Positions 27,101 to 37,937 of a DNA stretch of 64,000 nt are shown here, one piece after another. How positions within the stretch are numbered: the stretch's first letter is position 1; every line of letters begins with the position of its first letter. The position numbers and the translations under genes are program-made. The notes under the pieces were generated by a model. It worked only from the letters and a program-made list of their open reading frames with translations. It did no database searches and was not told the origin of the DNA. The stretch is from positions 20,026,001 to 20,090,000 of the forward strand of contig OZ281497.1 of NCBI GenBank assembly GCA_965637545.1, written 5' to 3'. The stretch is from Phallusia mammillata. Lineage: Eukaryota.

Positions 27101-30100
27101 ATTCACTTCTATCAATGATCATGGTGCTGCAAAGTCGCAATGTGTGCTGTGTTATGCAGTGTTACAACTGGTTGTCTGTGTCTTTTTCTATTTCATGCAT
27201 ATCAGAAATTTTTTTTTTGATATTTGAGGCTTGGGTCGTGAGATGTTCATAAAACTCAGATTTGGGTCGCGGTCAAAAAAGTCTGAGAACCACTGTGTTA
27301 TAGCATAAATAAAAAAATCGATACAACCAATCAAAATTCGGTAACAAGACTTACAAGTTGCATTTTGCGCAGGGCTGCTGCCAATATAAAACGCGTTACG
27401 AATAGAATATCCCCTTTTTACCTACTATTTTACCAATCACAACAAAACGAAACTCGTCAAAATTGAATATGTACTAACTTACAAATATTTCTTTACATAC
27501 CTGGTAACATCTTGGCCAAAGTATAGAGCGTTGAGTCGTTGGCGACGAAGCAGGAGGAAAACAATAAAGCACCTTCCTTGTGATGCAGATCGGCCAACTC
27601 CGACTCGAGTAACTCGTGTAGAGATGAAGTACCCGATATGTTACGAGTACCTCCAGCACCGGCTCCGTAACGATCCACGGTTGCTCTGCATAGAAATATA
27701 TGACCATGAACGAAGACTCTTATAGGAGGTTAAATTGTAATACCCGTGTATCCATAATTTTTATAATTTTAAAAATGCGTTTTGATAATGTCTAAACAAT
27801 TTCTGAAAAATAAAATTTATAAAAATATTCCGTTTTTCAACAAGCTAATATAAATTTAAAATCGGTTGAAATATTTCGTGGTCTAAATTCTTGAAGAATA
27901 TATGGACAACACTTTTCAACAGATGTATATGAATTACATACAGAACACCGGTTACATTCAAACTGAAAGCAAAAGCGTGAACGGAAAATTCATTGAAAGC
28001 TATAACTAATCGCCCAACTTTCCGTTTTCCGTTTACCGCCGTCACACACCAGGTTATCTATTGTCATCTCAGCCGTCGCAAACAGCACCGGACAAACCAA
28101 ACGTTAATTATAACTAAAAGCACACAAGCTTCCGCAAAACCAACTGAAACCTACCGGATTGCTTCCAGAACCTTCGGGTGGCGGCTCATGCCCAGGTAGT
28201 CATTACTGCACCACACTGAAACTTTCTGAGGTAGTTCAGAATCTTCGGTAGCTGTGTAGTCTTCAGCGTATGGAAAGGTGTCGGCGCACCGGTTGACCTG
28301 ATATATACCGGTACATTGTTTAAATAGAGGTTGTGATATTGGGAAAGGGTAATGTGTACCTTTTTGAACACACGGTAGGTATGGTCTTGCTTTTTGGCAG
28401 TGATGCTTTTCTGCAGAAACTGATCGTAGTCGAAGACCTGGTCGCTCGCTAAACAGAACAACAACATATAGTTGAATCACAACGTTGCATTAAGTCAGCG
28501 CATTGTAGTGTGTAATATTTGCGATAAAATTGAAGTCGCAATGCCGTTACTAAAATTGGTCTAATTCTTAACTGTTCGTTACGTCAACTTACCAGCTTCG
28601 GGATTTACGGAGTCGCGAGTAATTACTTCTCCTGTCGGAGTCACCATCCCTTCCTTGATGGTCTCCATGATGTTGCTCGAAAAGTTATCCGTTTCATAGA
28701 GGTCTACATAAAGACTTGGCGTTAGAAAGCTGTGTCTCCATAGCAAACGTACGCAAGAGTAAAATGGCGAATATTTCCACCTTGAGGGGCTTGAACAAAA
28801 AGCTCTTCTACTCCATCAGCATCGTCAGTGACCATTCCATCCACAGCGTCCAAGGCATCTTCGAAAACATCTTCTTGTACCTCGTAGCTGGCGACAGATG
28901 CGAAGTTTTTGCCAGCGGAACAATGCAGGAAGGGGCAAATGGTGGGCGGAGCTAGTTGAGGCGTTGCTGGTTGTCGACCTCCATGCCCGCGCGCCACGGC
29001 CACTGCAACTGGATCAGCTGAAACACGACAATATTTGCGCTATTTGGTGTCTGCTCTGGCGATTCGCACGAATCCAGTCAACCAACACGAGCAAATTCCA
29101 AAGGTGACGATATTCTCGCCGCGCTTCTGCTGGTTTCGAGACCGAGTCTTGCAGCTAAAGGGTTGGGGGAGTGGGGACTTTTGCATGCCCTTGTTTGCGC
29201 AACAGTTACTGTTTCCTGTTAGGTCGTAGATACGCGTTCTGATTGCTGCTGTGATTTGTTAAAGATTACAGAACATGTTCTTAATTATATATATGGGCAG
29301 TACACAACACAATCTATTGTACATAAAATGACCTAATTAGCATTTTACAAATTTAGATTTCGTAAGTTAGTTAAAAAAATATGTCAACACGTATGAGGCG
29401 TTGGCTATGCAACTATTTACATTTCCCATGCTGAAAATAAATGTCACTTTAAAACTGTTCTAAAGCAGGGTTTAAATCTGCTACAACAAGATAATGTCAC
29501 GTAGTGGACGTCCCAAGCGCAACGGACAGTGTCCGGTCTGTGGGTGACGTTAATATCGAGTGACGTTGTCAACTGCATATAACAGGCGCATAGTATCGAT
29601 TAGGTGTCTGGTCTGGACAATATCAGCGGTGTTATAACATAGGGAAACTAATTCGTAGACCTACATTGGGCAACAAAGCGAAAATTCCACGAACCAAAAG
29701 TCATTTAAATATAGCTTACTGGAGATACCCGGTACAGACGTTCATTCAAGCATAACTATGGGCATTTTACCCAAGTGTTTGCCAGATAAAGTACAGTTAG
29801 ATCACTGGCCTGCACACACAACTAACTTTTAAGGTGTTTTTTGGTGTAAACAGTGACTTCCTTATGATTTTTAATACAAACACAACATACATCAATTGAC
29901 CTCATTGCTGTAAATAAACAAAGCCTAGGTAGTATTTACCTGCTGGCTTCATCATTTCCAGGCCTGGGGCAGCAGTTGAGAGTGGCCTAAAACCCAAATC
30001 ACCACATTAAGAAATTTACAGACATTTAAATAATCAGATGGTTAAGCATATAAGATCAACATCTAGTGCAGTGTTACTCAACATTTTACACTTTGACAAA

Positions 30101-30481
30101 AAATTTGATAAAGCATCATTCAAAGTAATATGAAAAAAAACAGTCAATGGATTTTAAGTGCCATATAAAAAAAATTTCATTATTTTCGGGTGCACCTGGC
30201 TACATTCCAGGGCCTATGAATGCTTGAGAACCACAGATGTACCGAGTTGACTAACTAATAAATGTCATCAGTTAAACCAACAAATAATCAACATTTTAAA
30301 CAAATTCAAAGAAGTCATTTTACCTTATACTTTGCAGGTTCAGCATGGCTGTATAACGAGCCATATACTCTGACATAATTGGGCATCGATAGGCATATGA
30401 CACCAAGGACTGGCCAGCTTTTTGGAGAAACTTGGTTGGGACTCTGGTCAGAAAAGGACATTTGTTGACAAATGATTCCAT
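21146..30481 (-). CDS. ALAS: 5-aminolevulinate synthase, mitochondrial (~640 aa)
   Basis: Exons (minus): 30481-30324, 29986-29940, [29248-29210 uncertain], 29017-28781, 28703-28593, 28448-28360, 28297-28155, 27685-27501, 24935-24756, 24398-24234, 22926-22658, 22124-21973, 21293-21146; all GT-AG and phase-consistent. Motifs: N-terminal [21 protein letters not shown]...[75 protein letters not shown] (PLP lysine), [16 protein letters not shown]-terminal CEFC. Confidence 0.97.
22295..22559. mobile_element. hAT (Buster-type) MITE in an ALAS intron
   Basis: TIR cagtggttcccaa / ttgggaaccactg; perfect 8-bp TSD AGTTACAT (22287-22294, 22560-22567). Confidence 0.9.
25000..25065. promoter_or_regulatory. 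Intronic cluster of ACGT-core/CRE-like motifs
   Basis: Perfect TGACGTCA at 25000-25007, and six ACGT cores within ~65 bp (25002, 25014, 25019, 25024, 25034, 25062), inside the largest ALAS intron. Confidence 0.3.
26746..27295 (+). mobile_element. Internally deleted hAT (Buster/Charlie-like) DNA transposon in an ALAS intron
   Basis: TIR cagtggttctca / tgagaaccactg; perfect TSD TGTTATAG; subterminal GGGTCG(C) repeats at both ends. ATG 27060 opens [35 protein letters not shown], resembling the Buster/Charlie transposase N-terminus (Y...fl.fGFt......pqCviC..vL). Confidence 0.92.
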
Positions 30482-31472
30482 CCTTGGGTTGCTCACTAAA
30501 ATTGAGTAGTATCGAAACTGAGATGCAATAGATTTTTGAAGTTTTCGTTTCTTGCAAGCGCGGATTCTTGGGGTTGTTGTTATATCAGACCTGAACAAAA
30601 TCAAAGGATTGGTTAAAATTGCAGAGAAATAAGTTACACTACTGTAAAAAATAGCTTAGTATGATAACTTGAAAATTACAAACATTAATTTTTGAACCAA
30701 TCAGTATGCTAACCAATAGACAAGGCTTTCCACATGACACTCTTTCGATAACAAAGTCCTCCATGCTGAACGAGAAGTAGATGTGAATAGCATATCTTGC
30801 CAGACAATTTTTTAATACAACCCAACCCAAGTCAATAATATGAAGTCAAACACTACCAGTCAATGTTTTCCCTAATGGCAAGTACTAAAGCTCTGCATAA
30901 ATGATCTAATAAATAATATTTTTGTTACTGGCCAACCAATAAACTATTGATAATGCCACTCTGGATAATACTCTGGATTTGACAGCAAGACAATAGACCT
31001 TGTTATAAACAGCTGTCCAGTGATTTAAATCCAAACGATGGCCCTGTGATGTCAGCTTAGGTTATGTAATGTTAAGAACTAACTGCCAAGCCATCTTATA
31101 TCTGTGAACTGATGTACCTGGTGTACCAATACAATGTGTCTCAAAGTTGTAGGCCAGTTATATACAACATGGTTGGGGAAAAATATGCACAGAAAAAAGT
31201 TCAGGTTCTATTGTGCATTGGTAAGTGTCAAGTCCAACTACACCTGGTAAAAATACATAGACGTCTGAATTTTGATAAACTAAATTTTAAAGAATTCAAG
31301 ACTAAAATATAAACATGCAAATATGTAGCAAGAAAACAGGACTTTTCTCAATACCAGCGGTTTGTTCCTCAGTATTTGGCAAAATGACTAGACTATCCAT
31401 TAGTTTATGCATAATATTCTTAGACATCTTAACTATTTAAAACACTCAAGGTATTAATAATACTTTACATAC

Positions 31473-31565
31473 CAGTTAAACAGAGATGATGAATGCAGAA
31501 AATTTCTTCTTCGGATTTTATATCTTCGTCAATTTGTTGCCCTTCACTGAGAACGAACAAATCGG
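31473..31565 (-). other. ALAS: Non-coding 5' exon of ALAS carrying the IRE
   Basis: Bounded by an acceptor (tttttttcacctcag| at 31566-31567) and a donor (CTG|gtatgt at 31472). Predicted to splice to the acceptor at 30496-30497, 14 nt before the ATG. Confidence 0.6.
31530..31564 (-). promoter_or_regulatory. Iron-responsive element (IRE) in the ALAS 5' UTR
   Basis: Minus strand CGATTTGTT-C-GTTCT-CAGTGA-AGGGC-AACAAATTG: CAGUGN loop, 5-bp upper stem (GUUCU/AGGGC, two G-U pairs), unpaired C bulge and a 9-bp lower stem. This is canonical IRE geometry and, from recall, very similar to the vertebrate ALAS2 IRE. Confidence 0.9.
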
Positions 31566-32537
31566 CTGAGGTGAAAAAAACTACACGGTTACATAAATAG
31601 CCCACGGCAGAACCTTTTTCGCAGATAAGGACTGGGTTAAGGCAGTACAATCACACGAACTATATCAAACAACCGGCCGACAACAAAACAGTCACTCATT
31701 TGGCTAAATGACACAGTCCACCTTTAACCTTTGGCGACACCAGATGGAACAAATTATGTGACGTCATATTTAAAAATAGGTTACTTTTTAAATGCAATAA
31801 AAGCTAAAACAAGGCTTTAAGATTAAGAGTAACTTTTGTTGCAAGATAAGAAACATTACATACATAACTTGATTTACAAAAAACTTGAGTCGAAAACACA
31901 GGGCCAATACCAAGTAGAACTAAGTACCCTCTTTCATCGACATCTAATGACAATTTTAGAGTAAAAGGACGAAGTGCAAAGAGTAAGATTTTTAAGCCTA
32001 ACCATAGAATACTAAACATATGTTTAGTATTCTATGGCCTAACTTATTGGGGCAAATGTAAATTGGTTTTGCACTCGGGTAAATTCGAGAAACGCAGACG
32101 CATTTTGGTAAACCGCTAGTGGGCAGTGAGAATTAACACAACATTACGTCACTTACGACCCACATGCCTACTGCTACTGCAGTGTCACAACTCACAAGCA
32201 GCCCGCACTTTGTTTTTGCAGTGGACAAGAGTTTGGATGGCAAAAAAAGTCTGGTTCGCAAGATCCTCGACGTGCTATGAACAGCCGATGGGTGAGCATA
32301 GGTTTGTCACGTTTCTGCTTAAAATTAATCAAGCTATTGCAACGCAATCCTAACCTAATATGCAGTTTGTCTTAAGATTTTTGGTTTATTTCCATACAAA
32401 ATGTTTGGTTTGTTTTCCTATGTGCTAAACCTTATTTCACTTCCTCATTGTTTTGTCTTAAGGTAAATATACGTGGTCAGGGCTGCAATATTATGTGTTA
32501 AAAAATCTCAACAACCCAGCTGAAATCTTGATTAACA
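31566..32537. promoter_or_regulatory. Putative bidirectional promoter between ALAS and vezatin
   Basis: ~1 kb between the divergent 5' ends; perfect CRE TGACGTCA at 31759-31766 and TTACGTCA at 32144-32151. Confidence 0.5.
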
Positions 32538-35500
32538 ATGACTATGAGGCAGCCAGAATTTTGTGATGACATAATGCCAGATGAAGATATCATTTTGGAT
32601 GTAAGTTTTTACCTTTTTCAATTCACATGTGAAATTTGCGATACTTTGTATTAAGCATTCCACACAGTTGTTTTGTGCATTTCAACCAGGGCACACCACT
32701 TCATGATTACTTGAAAAATTTGGAGAAAAATGAAAACTGGAACTTTAGAGATGAAGATTCAATACAAACAGGTCCATGCGTGAAAGATTTTCTCTATGGC
32801 ATAAATTTAAAGGTTGGGTATTGGCAAACAATATAAAAGTAACTATCAGCTCATGGGGTAACTGCAATTTGGCTTGTTTCTCTTCATAGGAATATGTTTT
32901 TGCTCAGTGGGATTTTTTGCGTCGCAAAGTGTCATCATTTTTTCCTGTTTCCCAGGATGTGCTTGTAAAAATAGTATGTACAATTTTATTGTGACATTTG
33001 TTTGATTTTGACCTTTTATGCAATATTCGTTTGATTTTGGCAGAGCAAATTTTATTACACCAAGTATGGGAATGAAATTTTAAGCAGCTCTGTTATCCTT
33101 GATGATGATTTAGACTACTTGTGTGTTCAAAGTCCGCAACACTTTTTAAGTGCAATTCAGCAGAACACACAACCTCCTTTAAACAACTACAAGTGCCTAA
33201 GATCTGCAAGGTAAAATTTCAAATAATATGAATAAAATTTTCAAAAATAACTTTCAGTTGTGAAAAAATATTTGGTGTGATATAAACTATTATGTAATGG
33301 TGGAAAATACATTTTGTGTTAACAGATATCCTGCTGTGATTGTGGCCTTCTTAGCATGTTTAATATCTTTTTGGACATCTCCATACCTGCCAAGCATTGG
33401 TCAAACTCTGGTGTTTGCTTGCTCAAGTTTTGTTTTGTTATTTAATGTCAGGTTAGAGGTAAGCACACTTCATCAACACCCTTTCCAAATCCCTCAGTTG
33501 GAGTGTGAGATAAAAATACATGTAGTGTTAATACCAGCTATTATCTGCTGTTAATATATGTATGGATTAAGCCAATAAATTGGGATCTTATGGATGTCAT
33601 CAACATGGTGATAACAAATATATACCATTTGCAGATTGTGGTAGAAATGTGGAAAAGACAGCATGAGATGAACTCACTTGCGTTAAGAGACTTTTTATTG
33701 TCAAGCAATCGCTTTCAGAAATTGATTCGAAAAAGTATTCGGCTTATTCAAGAAATGGAAGTGGTGTCTAGAGGATTTAAATTGTAAGTGTGGACTGTTT
33801 TTGTACCACAATTTATCTGTTTTGTTGTTCATGTCAATATACTGTTGAGTCTTGGCAAATGTGAATTTTATTTAATATAAAGAAACCTGAATGTAGCAAT
33901 CATTTTTTTATCCAGAATTAATGGAAAGACACCGATAACAAGAATTGAGCAAAACAACTCTACATCTCGGGCATTCTACAAGCTGCGAGTTGCTGTATTT
34001 AGGGCATCACTTCGATGCATTCTTGCATGTCGAGATGCTACTGTTCGTTTGCAAAGATTTAAACCACCAGAAAACTGTATTGATGAGTTGGAAAGAAATT
34101 TATTATGCAACATCCCATTAGAAGAACTTGGATGCTTTTTTACAGAGGTTTGTTCATTGTTGCTCTCTTTTCAAAATTGCACTTTTCATTATTCAATTCA
34201 ATAAAGTATATGTTTTTTAGTGTTGTACGACTCAAGTCAGTGAATTTATTTAAAGTTTAAGTAATGGATTTTAAGTGACTTGACAACAAACTGTGGTTTA
34301 AGCATTGTTATTTGAACATTGGATTTGTATGCTTTATGCGGAACATCATGTCACAGTTAATTGCTTCTCCAGCAAAACACATCTCTTGCCCTAATGGACC
34401 TGCAGCGTTGATTGCATTAACATCACTTGGTGTTTGTTTAATTGCAGAAGAGTAATGGAGCGATGCACATAGCCACCGACGGCTACTCGCTCGCCGTTTT
34501 GAAGCAGATGAACGAAATTCTACGTGCCCAACGCTCGGAAATGTTGACTTGCTTATCACTGACTCTTTCGGGGACCACATGGGACTTTACCAGCGATGGT
34601 AGGGATTTTGCTTTTTTACAGCAAAATCTAAATTACGTCTATGATTTATTTTTGGGGTTGGGTAGCCGTTTTGTTGGTGAAGAGCATCCATTTGCCGTCC
34701 CTCACAAGCCACATAAAATATGTTTGTCATTTTGTACTCCAGACTTGAGACGTTAAAACTTGTTAACATTTTCACAATTATTTTCAACCTTTGTCATTTA
34801 CGTTTTGTTTATATCTGTGGCAATTTGGTGTGCCATTTTATGTTTTACCGTAGCAAACACAACTCATATAAGTTAACGTAAACACAATCATTTCACGTTG
34901 CCCGTCCTTTAATGTTTAGTATGATGTCTTCTAAGCTAGCGAAGCCCAGCGTAATGAAAGATGTAATTTTAATAAAACTTCTTCGCTTATCGTAAACCGT
35001 TGCTATCCTTATATCAGTGCGGTTACATGACACACAGTGCACCATTAATGATTGACATGTTTATTCTTGGTTATGTTGGGTTATTGTTAGCGAAGTAAGC
35101 AAACTGCATGTCGATTTATCGAGCCTTTTTCCGGTGTCCAATTTAACCTATATTAACCTTTTGTTATAGGATTTCTATGCAACATGAGGCAAATTTTGTT
35201 GCGACCGACCCGCACTAACGTGGATTGTCGCCATTTGCTGCAATGTTCGTACGATATGCATAAATATCTCACCAGCACAGCAAAATCGCGAGCACAAACC
35301 CCAAGTACGTCGTTTCATTGGGGGTTCTCAAACTATCGAGTTGTAAACATTTGGTTCTGGATTTTGTAACCCACGATAAACTCTAAAATTGACAAACTGA
35401 AAATGGAAACACTTTTGAACTTATCAAAAAAGACCATTTGTTGGTAACAGTGGTTCTTATACTGTGAGCAAATACCTCCAAAGTAATATTTTGACATTTT

Positions 35501-37937
35501 TTTAAAATAGGGGAGAAATAAAAATCCTTTGGATTGTTCCCAGTGGCAATGATGATGAAATGGTAAAAAAAATGATTTGTGCGATCAATATTCGACAAAT
35601 AAAGTGATGTTACGTCCCTAAAAATTTTTGCTTAAAAGTAAGCATATCTAGTATCTTATGATATTTACATAGCAGGTAAAAACAAGACCTCTGTGCTGTC
35701 CTTAAACCTTCACAGTCTTCAAGTCCATCTTCGAGCGGCGATGCACGCGTAAGTAATAGGATTTTAATCGTTACGAAAATAGGCCAGGTGCCTTCCAGCC
35801 AGCCCCTTGTCACACAATTTGAGGTCGCTCGTTAAACAGAACGCAAAATCGATGTTTTGCTCAATTTGTGAGCAATATACGACCAAGACAAGAACGTAGA
35901 TGGGCTTGCTTCTTTGTTGCTATGCTGTAACCACCGAAATTACAAATATGTACGAAAAGTAACCTTCCCGTGTTTCGTGACTTGAGCAAATGCGCTTAAG
36001 GTTATCATGCGTATTTGTGTGATAACAAAAATGCTCTATGATTGATTTCCACACAACAAAACGCATTTTTTTAAATATCTTTGCCATTTTGATGTGCAAA
36101 ATATCATACCTTATTTCTGGAAAACATGACTCTGAATATGTTGAAAAACATTTTCAAGTGCTTTTCCTAAATGCAAATGCGCATTTTTGCAGAACTATGA
36201 AGTTGGAGAACGATCTCGCACGGGACAAACACTTGGGAGAATGTAAGTCTTGAAATATCTTAGGTTTGCAAAAATAGCATCGTACATGTGCTATGTGGGC
36301 GAAAAGTTTTAAATACATTAAACACGCAACACATAGCTTGAAATGACCTGATGCGAAAATTAACATGTCAGGCATATTTGTGTATCTTGTAAATAATGGG
36401 TGACATTAGGTTGTTCAATGCTATTTAAAACATTGTAAAGTTGCATATACTTTGCATGTATTTAACTATGTGCTCTCGACGTAGTGTGCAATATTTACAT
36501 GCTTTTTGCAAGAGCTTTTCCTTTTATACGTCTCTATCAATCTTAATCCACCATGATTAACATTTCAGTTCCTCTTGATCTCATTACGATGCACCTTACT
36601 TCTGGCAAGGAGTGCCTTGAACAATGTGATAAACAGCTTGACTTGCTACATGCAAAGGACAGTGCCGCGGACGACGACGTGGCAGTCTCTGGTGGGCCGG
36701 TTGCACCTCACGTGATCAACGATAATGTTGGACATGCCAAGCCAGTGTTGATTGACGACGTCGACAACTTTGTTGAGGACGAGGTTAGGGTGTTTTTCTA
36801 TTCATCAGTATTGTTATGTTAACTTGTTTTGCAAGTCTCAAGTAGACTTTACTATAAATGTTCTCATCCGGGATTAAATTTATCCTAAATTGGGAAGGAA
36901 AATCCGCAAAGGGGTAAATGAAAAATAAATTTTACTGCAACAAAGATTACTGCTGACATTATAGTAAACAGCATTCTAAATGTCATCTGATGTTTAGAAG
37001 TTTTAACAACTAGATTTATACACTTAAATGCAACATCAAACACTGTGGGTGATTTGGTTTTCCCACGTCTATTTAAATAAATTAATTGAACTCAAATGCC
37101 AAATATGCACTACTAGAAACAAGTTCCTGAAATCAAATTATTATAACTCTTCAAACCAGTATTTTAATGCACTGCTATTTAATTCACTTAAAATTGCAAA
37201 TTACATCTTATAAACACAGCTGACTGTTCAGAACCATCGTTGTATTTCCGAACAGTTCTTATCAAAATGTGTGATTTCAGATATTTGAGGCCACAACCGA
37301 AGATATGCCCGGAGAGAATGCATTAGAACCAGATGATGCGGTGACAAATTGCACAAAAAAGATTGCGGCGGAATCGGCAACTGTCATCCGTGAATTGCGA
37401 TCTGTTCTGGCAGTTAAGACATCGGAGAAGGAACGAGAGATTTGGAAGAAAAAACTTTTTCCAACTTACGTACCGAAAAAGGTCCAACCATCTGTAATTC
37501 AGCCACCTTTACTTGAAACAGACCATGCGAGCTGTAATGGGACTCAAAAGACATTAGAAATCGAAGATACGGGTGCGCAGCAAAACGTTGATGAAGCTGT
37601 ATCACATACAGAACCTAAACTCACTTTTCACCGCCGAGTTGCACCTCCGGGGCGTCCCCCCTCAACAAGACACCGCAAGACCAGAGCTACGTCACCGACC
37701 GACTTTGCAGTCATCGACGTGCCTGAATGTTTCAACGGCGACGAAGAAACTCCAGACAATACAGAGGAAGAGGAACCAGAATGGACTTCGGGTCTTGGTA
37801 TTGGTTTCTCGAACTCTCTCGCAGCCCAAGCTGTGCAAATGGCGAAACTACGTGCTGGGCCTCGACCCAATATAGCAAACCTGTCGCTTGCCATTGAGAC
37901 TGTGACGTACGGCTCTGATGACGATTCGTCCACGTGA
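32538..37937 (+). CDS. VEZT: Vezatin (adherens-junction membrane protein, myosin VIIa-binding)
   Basis: 13 phase-consistent exons: 32538-32600, 32690-32812, 32890-32973, 33044-33210, 33326-33458, 33635-33783, 33916-34147, 34448-34598, 35170-35304, 35673-35748, 36193-36242, 36569-36783, 37281-37937. Vezatin-like motifs: DEDIILDGTPLHDYLKNL, RKSIRLIQEMEVVSRGFKL, NIPLEELG, TDGYSLAVLK, HSLQVHLRA, EDEIFEA, SLAAQAVQMA. Confidence 0.93.
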
